From Anthoceros angustus (taxonomy: Eukaryota > Plantae > Anthocerotophyta), in contig VJWM01000119.1 in assembly GCA_010909165.1 (NCBI GenBank), forward strand, positions 788,890 through 852,889: 64,000 bases of DNA. The letters run 5' to 3'. Positions 23,922 through 34,104 of this stretch are shown in pieces. Position numbers and translations under genes: made by a program. The notes beneath the pieces are model-generated. The model saw only the letters and a list, made by a program, of their open reading frames with translations. It made no database searches and was not told the origin of the DNA. Position 1 is the stretch's first letter. Each line of letters begins with the position of its first letter.

Positions 23922-26389
23922 CACCTATAGATAAAGTTGTGTTGTTAGCTAGTGTCGAAGCCACTATACACTGAGAAGGAAAAGGAAGATGAACACTTTG
24001 CTGGCATGCTAAGAAGCTGCCCTAACGTTGGTCCCTTTGAATTGAACGTCTGCAAGAGGCAATGACAACGTCAAGGGTAGCTAGAGTGCAAGATGTTACA
24101 TAACCTGCCAACCTGAATTCCCTAGGCCTGATTCCCAAGAGGCTAGGAAATCCAAACTGGTTGGACACCTTATGTAGTCTACCAACAAGTGATTGCTACG
24201 GACTGTTGGACGTTATACACATACTACCAGCTGCCGAGCTCTAGCCAAGGATCCACGCAGTGAAAGCTCTTATCCCTTATAAACTTCTTGTAGGGGTAGG
24301 GGGGAAGCCACCTCCAAACCGCACGCGTGTGTAGCAAATTCACAGCCAGGATCTTGTCCAGCATGTCATGCATGATGTACACCTCCGAGCCTTGTCCGGC
24401 CACGACCTTGATACGGTTAACGAACTCCCACCCGACCCTGCCATTGAACGGACTCACGCATGGCTTCCAGAATTCAGTGGCAATGGAAGCGGGCATGGCA
24501 TCCACCGCCGTCCAGGTCATGCGCGCGAAATCCAGCTCCAAGATGTGCAGAGTCGAATACGCCTCAGGTCGTTGTCGCTGCTCGGGCTGCCCGTTTTGGG
24601 TAACGCATAGCAGCCGATCCCGCACGCGGACGAGTTTGGTGTCGTACATAGCTAAGCCGGGAGGCTTGTCCACTTGCAGCCATCCCCAGTGGCCCCGCTC
24701 CAGGTCGTAGGTGCAGAGATTGCACCACCTCGCACCAACGCAGTAGAGCATGGTGCCCATAAACACTCCCTGCCCGGTCATGAAGTTGAGGAACTCAGGA
24801 GCGTGGAGTGGGGTTGTCTTGACACTCCACGTCCCGAGCGCGGAATCCATGACATAAGTCTGGCGACAAGGCGGAGCCGTGTCCCACCTCTCCTCCACCG
24901 CCACCAGCTTGAAGGAGTGCGCCGTGGCATCCATCAACACGCCAAACACCTGGTGGAGCGTGAGGCCGGGTGGGAGGGCCGGCACCCGGGCCCAGGAGTG
25001 TGCCACCGGGTTGCCTAGGAGCGGAATCTCCAGACGCTCCCCTGACAGTAGCGTGTACATCACGGACACAAGCACACCGCCGGCCGCCGACCCCTTGGAC
25101 CACCCGGCATTAATAACTCCCAAGTCCAAATCCGCGATTCCTGCACGGGGCCGCGGCTGGCGCATCCATCGTGCCTCGCGCAGCCATAGCGGGAGCTGCA
25201 GCTTGTACCAGCGGTGGGATGCGGGATGGTAGACGCAGCAGATGGGGTCGGAGTCGCATCTCCCCACTACACACAACATTAAATCGCGCTCTCCTCCACG
25301 CACTTCTAGACGCTCCTTCAACAACCTTGGTGATGCCACAGCCTCATTCCAGGATTTGCACACTGTGCGTGACCGCAACAAGCTCACTAACGGCAAGCGA
25401 GCCAAGATCGAGGCCACTACGTCGTGAGGCAGCTCCGCCTCCGGATCCAGATCCCCTTCATCCATCCTACAACGTTTCTGCATCTTTTTCAGCATCATCA
25501 TCATCCAGGAACCCACGCTTGCCATCGTTTTCAGCATTCCTATACAATTATTAGACAGGCTCATTAGCAGCCTTGCCCTGTCAACCCACGATTTCTCTAG
25601 CAGCTAAATCACAATGCTGCTAGCAGATCAAGCTATCACAACATGTCCCACAAACTTGACAATTCTGCTGACAAAAATATCACCAAGAACCTGACAATCG
25701 TGCTGAACCAAATATCACAAGAACTTCATAAAGGACCCTAATTAAGATATCAAGAAAGCCCTGAAAACCCAAACCAAAATTCATCTGATAATTATTTTGG
25801 TACGGAGATCATTGCATATATAGAGAGCATTTTGAGTTCGATATTTTAAAACTTATTTCGAGTGGGACTTGGTGTAGATGTGACTTCCATATTTATAAAT
25901 TGACTTATTCTTTTGTAAGTGACTATAAGTACATTTTATATATTTATATTTTTTAGTTTTTAAAGTGATTTATCTAGGTCATATATTTTATTATTTATTC
26001 AGTTTTGATATCTTGGGATTAATAAATCCAATACAATGGGTGGTCTCACATACGAGATAGCTCACCCAAGGGAGTCTAACGTGCCCTAACTCCGGGACAA
26101 CATCTAAAAGCTATAATCAAATTGATCAATTTGGAATAAACTTATGTAGATCATGGGTAGAATTGACATTATTGTAGAATTGAGTTTATATTTTCAAGCC
26201 TCTCTACATGCCTTTTTCCAATCTTCTTGCCATAAGAGGTTTCTTTACATTTCACACCCTCTTGTTATGATCCAACCTTCTTGCCATAAGAGGTTCCTTT
26301 ACATTTCACACACTCTTATTATGATCCAACCTTCTTGCCATGAGAGGTTTCTTCACATTTCATAGTCCATGCTTGCGAAGATGGCCCGT
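23922..26389 (-). repeat. Arm B of the inverted segmental duplication
   Basis: Reverse complement of 16750-19513. Confidence 0.9.
24224..25564 (-). CDS. F-box protein with kelch-like/beta-propeller C-terminal region (446 aa, intronless, intact)
   Basis: Uninterrupted ORF. F-box ELPHDVVASILARLPLVSLLRSRTVCKSWNE; GNPVAHSWARVPALP; FKLVAV; YDLERGHW; LELDFARMTWTAVDAMP. The true start may be a later Met. Confidence 0.9.
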   Translation of the reverse strand: MSLSNNCIGMLKTMASVGSWMMMMLKKMQKRCRMDEGDLDPEAELPHDVVASILARLPLVSLLRSRTVCKSWNEAVASPRLLKERLEVRGGERDLMLCVVGRCDSDPICCVYHPASHRWYKLQLPLWLREARWMRQPRPRAGIADLDLGVINAGWSKGSAAGGVLVSVMYTLLSGERLEIPLLGNPVAHSWARVPALPPGLTLHQVFGVLMDATAHSFKLVAVEERWDTAPPCRQTYVMDSALGTWSVKTTPLHAPEFLNFMTGQGVFMGTMLYCVGARWCNLCTYDLERGHWGWLQVDKPPGLAMYDTKLVRVRDRLLCVTQNGQPEQRQRPEAYSTLHILELDFARMTWTAVDAMPASIATEFWKPCVSPFNGRVGWEFVNRIKVVAGQGSEVYIMHDMLDKILAVNLLHTRAVWRWLPPYPYKKFIRDKSFHCVDPWLELGSW

Positions 26390-26787
26390 ACTTCTCAACC
26401 CTTTTAATCATAATTGTTTCTCACAAGACACAAAAGTTTCTTCACATTTCACGGAGATGACCCGTACTTCTCAACCCTTTTACTCATAATTGTATCTCAC
26501 AAGTCAGAGGTTTATGGCGGCTCTGTAACCAGTAATTTCAAAACCCCATTACATATTCATAATGATTTCTTTAAATGACCGTGAAGATGACCAATATTCT
26601 TTGATCCTCAATATATAGCAGTTTGCAACTATCTATGTGTATATAATGATTATTTTATTTAATAATAAAATATATAATATATTTTGACCCTCTCTATATA
26701 ACTCAATTACTTTTGACTCATTGAGTTACAATATGAGTCAACTTATAGTTAAGAGGGCTAGCCATAGGGGGTAGTCTGTGTGAACGG

Positions 26788-27465
26788 TGACCTCGTCTTG
26801 GTGCTCTATGGGATTTCTACACTACTTGAAGCATTCACCCTAATGTATGGTGTAGCTCTTGTGTTGGTGCTCCGTGGGCATTCTACACTACTTGAAGCAT
26901 TTACCTTGATGCACGGCGTAGCTCGTGTTCTTAAAACGTCAAAAAACTCCGAGCACGACTCTTGGAGAGGCCGACGGTGACGGTTGGTACGTCCTCTACT
27001 CTGGAATGCATGCACGGCTATGCTAAAGTCTGCCTTCCAGCTGAGGATTGTGCTATACCCATCCGGATCCGGAATGGTCTTGTACCAGATTCGGAATGGT
27101 CCCTGCAAAATTACATTAAATGACCTCCTCTTGGTGCTATGGGGGCGTTCTACACTACTTGAAGCATGTACCCTAATGCATGGCGTGGCTCTTGTGATGG
27201 TCCTCTATGGGCGCTCTACACTACTTGAAGTATTTACCCTGATGCATGGCGTGGCTCTTGAGCTTAAAACGTCGAGAACTCCAAGCATGATTGCTTGGCG
27301 AGGCAGTGTGATTTGGGTGTCCTCGCCTCTCTCGAATCAGGCATGCTATCTCATCACCTTCCACATACTGCTCACGCCTTCCATGCTATCGCCTTCCACC
27401 CGGCATGCCCATCTGGATCTAGAGTGGTCCTGTACCGGATTCGGAATGGTCCCTGCAAAATTATG
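26788..27465. repeat. Higher-order tandem repeat: two ~330-bp units, each containing two ~66-bp subunits
   Basis: ctacactacttgaagcatt.accct.atg occurs 4 times; gattcggaatggtccctgcaaaatta occurs twice. Confidence 0.85.
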
Positions 27466-27822
27466 TATAATGACCTCAACAACCTCAATTATATATTGAT
27501 ATCATTGAGATAGTAATCTTAATTATATATATAACTATATACAATGATTTTAACGTGCTCAATTAAATAATTAAATAATTAAGGTCATTCATGTCAATGA
27601 CCTCAATTACATAGTATGTATGTAAACTTATATACAGTATAATAATCAATCGCATACAAATATGAAAATATAGTTGTGATGCTAATACCAACATCTCCTT
27701 TGGGTCCTAGCCCAAGACCACTAACCGGGCCTGAGGTAGGACTTAGCATTGCTCGCCCCGTAATACTGCCAGATCTCATTGATCCAAGCGCCGAGCGACG
27801 TTTCCTCATCCATCATGTCCAC

Positions 27823-28307
27823 CAAGTGGAGGACCTGGCTCTCCTGCAATTGAACGTGCACACAATGAAGGTAATTACTTCTGCCGATGCCTGAGGTCAT
27901 GGCGTCACAAGCTGGCTAGCTACAATTGAATGCATCGCGTCACTACAGTAGGTATTAGAGAAAGGATACATAAAGGAACCCGAGCCCGTCCGCACATACC
28001 TTGAACAAGCGGATGTCCCGCTCGTTACTGTCGGCATCGAGTTCCTGGACCGCAGACTCATCCAGAGAGTAATCGGGTAGCACGAGGATGCCCTCGCCGA
28101 CCCGCTCCATGTCCATCTTCTCGAAGCATGAAGTGATTGTCTTGTTGTCAAGAAGTTTGGTCCCGAGGAAGAACACATAGATCTGCAAAAACGTTCCCGC
28201 AGGTTAATCACAAGAGCTAGCACGGTTACCTAAGCGCTGCTACCGGAGTGCATGCATGCATGCGCACAGACAGATTGCCTAGCCTTCCGCACGGGGATAC
28301 TACCATT
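27823..28307 (-). pseudogene. Gene fragment of unknown family (empty-site paralog of the Sola target)
   Basis: IYVFFLGTKLLDNKTITSCFEKMDMERVGEGILVLPDY..RLFKVCADGLGFLYVSF; uninterrupted across the GAAG at 28123-28126. Confidence 0.6.
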
Positions 28308-28347
28308 ACCGCACGGGGATTTTCCACGGGGAGTCACAGGGCTGTTG

Positions 28348-28737
28348 TGGTTGCCTCAAGGTTCTCAAGCTGTTCAGGAGGCAGGAGCAGGAGTCACGGC
28401 AGAAGTGGGCTCGGGCACAGTCCCGTGGGAAGGATGAAGATGGATGCTGCAAAGCCTAGCCAAGCATGCACAGCTCTTGACAACAGTAGGCAGCTCAGTC
28501 CACTTCGAATTCATATCCATCTCAAATATCTTGAACTTCGCGGGGATTGTACCATTCCTTCTCCGGAGTGGGTCTGGTTCCTGCCCCCGATCAAACAGCC
28601 TTGAGACGTTGCAGGCCTCAAGGTTCTCAAGGGTGTTCAGGAGGCAGGAGCAGGAGTCAAGGCGGAAATGGGCTCGGGCACAGTCCAGTGGGAAGGATGA
28701 AGATGGATTCTGCAAAGCCTGGCCAAGCATGCACAGC
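28348..28737. repeat. ~125-bp direct repeats (28348-28473; 28615-28737) flanking an F-box-like C-terminal fragment
   Basis: gcctcaaggttctcaag...ccaagcatgcacagct occurs twice. The enclosed - strand peptide KFKIFEMDMNSKWTELP resembles ILELDFARMTWTAVDAMP. Confidence 0.7.
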
Positions 28738-28962
28738 TGAAGAGTAGGGAGCGATCAATCCATGAACTGCAACCCGCACCCACTTAGGAAACGGTCAGCA
28801 GTTGCAGGAAAGCTCATGATTCCACAGCGTGAGTTAAGCACACAGATCGGCATTCGAAAAAAGAAGCTCAACCGAAAACGAGCTCATACATAGCGTCAGT
28901 AGTAAACAGATCGGACACTACAAGTCATAGCTCGAGCTATTGCTCGGCTGCCCGATTTCTTT

Positions 28963-29716
28963 GCCCTGCTTCCAGTGGCTCAACCAAAGCAGCCTCCATA
29001 GAGTCACAGGGGCTGTTGTGGTTGGAAAGCCCGGGGAGGCAAGGCGGTGAATACGTGCTGCTGCAAGCTCATACAAACATGTGAAGAAAACAAGCATGAC
29101 TTCACATAAGTTTCACTCATTATATGCCGGCATCTCCCCGGCCTATCCCAAAGGGCTCAACCAAACAAGCTGTGAGCCTCCTCCAGGCTCAGAGCTGTTC
29201 TGGTTGGAACCTTGGGGATAGGCCGGAGAGACACCTGCACGCGTGAAACAAATCCACAGGACCAAACAGATAGAAGGGTCAGAAGCAATAGCGCGAGCTG
29301 CACGATTATTGCCAAGTACAAGATATCGGCCGATTCACGCCTGACTCTCCCCAACCTCGGATCCAAGGGCTCAACCAGAGAGGCCTTGAGCCTACTCCGG
29401 GCTCAAAGCAACTTGTTCTGGTTGGAAGGCCTTGGGAGCGAGGCAGGATGGAGCTACATATGAGTGCACGCGCGAGCAACGTCACACACATGTACAGGTT
29501 TAATCACATCAGTCACAAGTACATAAGCCATGGCTCGAGCTCGAGCTGGGCTGCAACAGTTCTTGCCAAACACAGAAAAACAATTCACACGTACAGGCGG
29601 CGGTATCTCTCCGACCTGATGATCCAAAGGGCTCAACAAAACCAGCAGGTGAGCAGCCTGCAGCCGGAGGCTGTTGAACGTTGTGGATGGAACCCTTTGG
29701 AGGCAGAGCAGAGAGA
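28963..29716 (-). ncRNA. Cluster of four related ~85-110 nt hairpins; candidate polycistronic miRNA precursor
   Basis: Hairpins at 28963-29045, 29133-29231, 29347-29453 and 29606-29716 share a GG(Y)UUCCA.CC / GUUGAGCC core. Outer stems differ in sequence but still pair. G-U pairs favour the - strand. Confidence 0.5.
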
Positions 29717-29913
29717 AACTGGCCTGCGTGCCTTTAAACTCATCCACACCCACACACCGCGCGCATATCGGTCAAACGGATGGATCGCAATTAAGCAAGC
29801 TCGGTCAGCAGGGCATCGCGCCTGGAAGCACACGCATCTCAAGCCTCGAACAGATGGGTCACAAGCTTAAGCACACACACGTGAACTACAAAAGATTCGA
29901 TTTCAAGTGCGCA

Positions 29914-30450
29914 TCAACAACACACACACAAAACTCCGAAAGAGTCGATCTCTTGAAAGCACGCATCGAGGACACACACATGAAACGTCGAAACATCGTA
30001 GAGAGCGGCATCCAGAACACACACAGGAACTCCGAAAGAGTCGAAAGCGCTGATCGAGAACTTGCGAAACTTGTAAACAGCAAGCGAATGCAACCAAAGA
30101 GAGGAGAGGTGGAGGCTTGCCTTCCTAGGAACCACGCTGGCTGCAAAGTCGGTGACGAAACTCAAATCGTCCCTCAGCGGCATCGTCCCGAACTCCTCGA
30201 GGAACTCGTCAAAGTCCATGAGAATCTCCTCGTTGTCAATGGCAAATCCCAGAACTTGGAGCACGCAGAGCATGCTGTAGCGCAGGAGGAAGAGGCGGTG
30301 CGCGTCCACCTCGGCCTCCTCCTCCTCTTCCTCATCCCCCTCCTCCCACTCCTCGCTCTCCTCCTCCTCCTCCCTCTCTGCCTCCATCTCCTGATCCGCA
30401 TGCTCCGCCACCTCTCTGGCCTCCTCGCACACCTTCACCTCATCCGCCAT
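29914..30450 (-). CDS. Small acidic hypothetical protein (from MADEV...)
   Basis: Open frame with an E-rich tract followed by a hydrophobic/helical segment. Preceded by three 33-bp repeats (30458-30556) and a GC-rich promoter-like region. Confidence 0.3.
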   Translation of the reverse strand: MADEVKVCEEAREVAEHADQEMEAEREEEEESEEWEEGDEEEEEEAEVDAHRLFLLRYSMLCVLQVLGFAIDNEEILMDFDEFLEEFGTMPLRDDLSFVTDFAASVVPRKASLHLSSLWLHSLAVYKFRKFSISAFDSFGVPVCVLDAALYDVSTFHVCVLDACFQEIDSFGVLCVCC

Positions 30451-31244
30451 GGCTCGTCTGGTGAAAACGGCAGGAGGGAAGGAAGCTCGTGTGGTGAAAA
30501 CAGCAGGAAGGAAGGAAGCTCGGCTGGTGAAAACAGCGGGAAGTAGGAAGGAAAGCAACTGGCACTACACTTAAAAGCGGGGAACCAGGGACGGTAGGAC
30601 CCGGTCCTCCGCTCCGGGAGGAGGTCCGGGCCCGAACCGGGTGGAGGGCCCAAGCCACTCTCTCCTCGGGTGCCACTGCCGGGTGGGATGAACTGGCATA
30701 TACAAAATGGCGGGCGAAAGCAGCTGTGTGAGGGGGGGCCCGACTCTGGCACCCCAGAAAGGTGGGCGGCGCTGTTGCTTTCGTCTTTTCCAGCCAATTA
30801 ACGGAGCCTGTACCAGTTTCTGTCCGTTGATGGCATCTGAATCCACGGCTGGTATTGGGTTGCAGGGTATCCACAAGATTCCCTTACCTGATAACTGCCA
30901 CGCCAGGTTCCCGCATGGCTTGTCCTTCCGACACGGCCAATGGCCTGTGGGGAAATCAAAGTAAAAAATGCAGGCCCTGAGAGTAAAGTAAAAAACCTGC
31001 CACCAACCGCCACCTTTGACCTCTCCAACCAGCGTGTGACTCTAACGGGAACCGGTCCTTTGTTGGCTGGGGCCATGGAGCAAAGAGAGCGCACCGTCCT
31101 CAGTGGAAAGGCCTCTTTCGTTTTACACAGCTAGAGCCACAGCCAAATTTTGCCTACATACGTATGTACATTGTATAGGATTCGTATATATTGCAATAAA
31201 TACATTTGTGAGAAAATACTCTTAAAGAGAGAATATTTGGTATG

Positions 31245-33085
31245 AACAAGGTTGGAAAATATGGGTCATCTTCACATTCCAAGTGGAGAGTCCGTTATGT
31301 ACACAGGGTGAAAATTTAGGATCGAAAAATATGGTCATCTTCACAATCATGTGACAAAGTCGTTACGTGTAGAGGGTTGGAAAATACCGGTTATTTTCAC
31401 AATCCCGTGAAAAGACTGGGTTACATGCACGTGAATGCACAAGGCAAAACTTAAGGGTTGGATAATATGGTCGTCTTCCAGACCATGTGAAACACCACTA
31501 GGTGGAGAGGGTTGGAAAATACCGTCATCTTTACAATCTCGTGGGAAGGTCGCGTTGCATGCATGGCTGTGCACTGGATCTAAACTTAGGGTTGGAAACT
31601 TATAGTTGTCTTGGCAACCATGTGAAAAAACTGTTATGTGCAGAGGGTTGGAAAATACCGGTCACCAAGAGAATTCTTTCAAAAGGCCTTGGCCATAGTA
31701 CATGTTGCAAAGGGTCGGAAAATATGATGATCTTAGCGATCACGTGACAAGAGCGTTATGTGTAGAGGGTTCGAACATACAGGTTGTCGTGCAAGTAGCT
31801 GCATGTGTAGACATACCTCCATCATCTACTTGCAGTAATTACTCTACAGCAATAGACATACACCAAACAGGCCACAAAGAAATGTTATGAAGGCCTAGGC
31901 GGCTGGCCATAGCATAGTATGGACATGATCAAATGAGAAATTTGTCTTCCGACAAGACGCACGCATCTCCTATTCAAAATTCAGCGAGATGCATGATGCA
32001 TCCTTTGCAAACCCTTCCAAAAACGTTTTAGCAAATCGCTGGTCAATTCAATATTGATCTTGCGGACAAAATAATCTTTCGTTACAGCATCCTACAGCTG
32101 AATTGTTGTCTCCAACGCAGAGCTTTAGAACAGTTCACATGCGAGCTTCATGCAAGCTTCCAACAAAAAACCTAGCGATTGTAAAACCATAGCAGCAGCA
32201 ATGGCCCATACACTTCCGCAGGTCCTCATGTCCAAGACTTTTGACAACTAGCTGAATCCTCCTACTCCCGTCCTATTGTAGCAGCTTGCACGCACTTCTT
32301 GATTCAGTTGTTGGCCACCACTTCTCCACGTTTATGCAACTCTTGAGCCGGTCATGCCTGATGAGCTTTATGTTGACCCCTAGCCTCTAGATCTCCTTCA
32401 GTCCCCGTCATAGCAATAGTGTTCACCCGCTAGGGTTAACTCAAGTCAGCGGGTTCCGAATTACCTAATAACCATATACGCATATCTAATACCTTGCATA
32501 TATCTACAATCCAGCAATCACGGATCTCCTATGCTAAGGGCTAATGGCTAGATCACGGCGGCATAACTCCTTCCAACACATGACAAGATTATCTTCGCTA
32601 TAGAAGATGGTACTAGGGGAACTACGGCACCTTGTGGTTTGGTTGGTATTATTTCTTTCCCATGTCCGCTACGCCAACGATTCCATAGTGCTATAGTACG
32701 TACATGGGACCAAACATGGGGTATCATGATCGCTATCTTCAATACATACCATCCTCATGATCGCGTGGAAAGATCGCTACGTGCATGAGATTGAAAGGGT
32801 AGGGTCAAAAATTATGGTGATCTTCACGATCGAGGGTAAATACCACTATCTGCCAAGGGTTGGAAGATAACCAGTCATCTTCACAACCTTATAAAAACCT
32901 TCTACATGATTCATTAGGTCCAAACTCATTTCATTGATCAACTTCCTAATCACTTTCACAACCTTGTAAAAAAACTGTTGCATCATAAAGTTTGAAATCA
33001 TTGGTCAACTTCCCGATCACTTCACAACCTTGTAAAATATTTATTACATTCATAAGGTCCGAAACCATTGGTCAACTTTCCAATC
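31245..33085. repeat. Degenerate ~60-bp AT-rich repeat family (agggttggaaaata..ggtcatcttcacaa), interrupted at ~31790-32760
   Basis: Recurrent ggttggaaaat/catcttcaca motifs at 31245-31780 and 32790-33085. Related motifs occur at ~36500-36830. Confidence 0.65.
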
Positions 33086-33090
33086 ATGTA

Positions 33091-33619
33091 TAGTCGGCCC
33101 CCCCTAATTGAGAACTCTATAAATGGGATTCCTCTCTAAATGGAACCTCCCATCCTACTCCTTTTAGTTTACAATGTAATAAATGGGACTTTTCTCTAAA
33201 TGGTAATTGGGACCTTTTGTAACATACATTCATGTTAGTTTCACCTCCCTAAATAGGACTTTTATTTTTTTACTAAACAAATTAAAAAAAAGAAAGAAAA
33301 AGAAATCGATTATTTCAGAGCACAATAGACTTTTAGGTGTGATTGAAGACTCTTAATCTAAGCTTTTTCTTTTATGATAGGTAGAGGTTTTTTGATGTTG
33401 CTTAGAGAGAGTGCTATCTTTCAAACAACTATATAGAGAAGTAGTAAAAGTTATTTTTAGTGAAACCTATTTTAAAATTTTCTTTTTTTGGGTATTTTTG
33501 GTTTTTTTTAACTTTATAATATTTTTATTATTATTAAATAGAAAAAATACAATCGGGACACCTCCCTAATGGGACCTCTAAAGCCACTCCGAACCAGTCC
33601 CAATTAGGGAGGGTGGATG
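33091..33619. mobile_element. Tc1/mariner (pogo-like) MITE; partial second copy at 36156-36494
   Basis: Left end TA|tagtcggccccccctaattgaga; right end tcccaattagggagggtgga(cag)|TA. Internal taaatggga repeats. 33264-33617 matches 36156-36491. Confidence 0.65.
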
Positions 33620-34104
33620 TGTTGCGCAGTAGCATTCCTCCTGAGTTGTTTGTTGGCATCTGCCTGGTGGACATGTATGTAGAATGTGGCGCGCCAGGTT
33701 TTTTGAACGCTTGGCCACAAAGGATGTGGTATAAACAGCAAGGCCTCGGCAGGATGCGCTTGTTGAGTATCGCTGAATGGAGCAGGAGGGCCCGCTTTTG
33801 GCTAACCATGTGACGTTTTTCTAGCAGGTACGTAGATTTCTGGTGGGAGAATGGAGAGAGGATAGTGCGCTTAAGGTAGGAAGCAGGAATGCCCGTCTGA
33901 AGCAGGAAGGAGGCCACGTACCCTCACAAAGTTGGCATTGAAGCCACTCTCTGAGAAGGAAAAGGAAGATGTGCTCTGTGGGCATGATCCTGAGAAGCTC
34001 GCTCTGGCTTTTGGCTTCTTGAACCTTTGCCTCTTGAACAGTACTCCGAGTGGGATACCTCTGCTGGTAACCAAGAATCTACGCTTGTGTAGTGAGATCA
34101 TGTC
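33613..34104 (+). pseudogene. PPR and DYW:KP-type deaminase domain fragment
   Basis: LFVGICLVDMYVECG (PPR). Then QVRRFLVGEWREDSALKVGSRNARLKQEGGHVP / LKPLSEKEKEDVLCGH(DP)EKLALAFG..TPSGIPLLVTKNLRLC, with a frameshift and loss of the CxxC end. Confidence 0.8.

Noticed and set aside
28963-29716. H/ACA snoRNA cluster or CRISPR-like array
   Set aside because: No consistent ANANNA/ACA boxes on either strand. Repeats are long and degenerate, no cas genes are present, and the context is eukaryotic.
29616-29719. Hammerhead ribozyme (CTGATGA ... GAAAC)
   Set aside because: GAAA does not directly follow the stem that closes after CTGATGA, and the motif is absent from the three sister hairpins.
29674-30546. 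290-aa + strand ORF
   Set aside because: Leu-rich antisense shadow of the acidic - strand ORF and low-complexity sequence.
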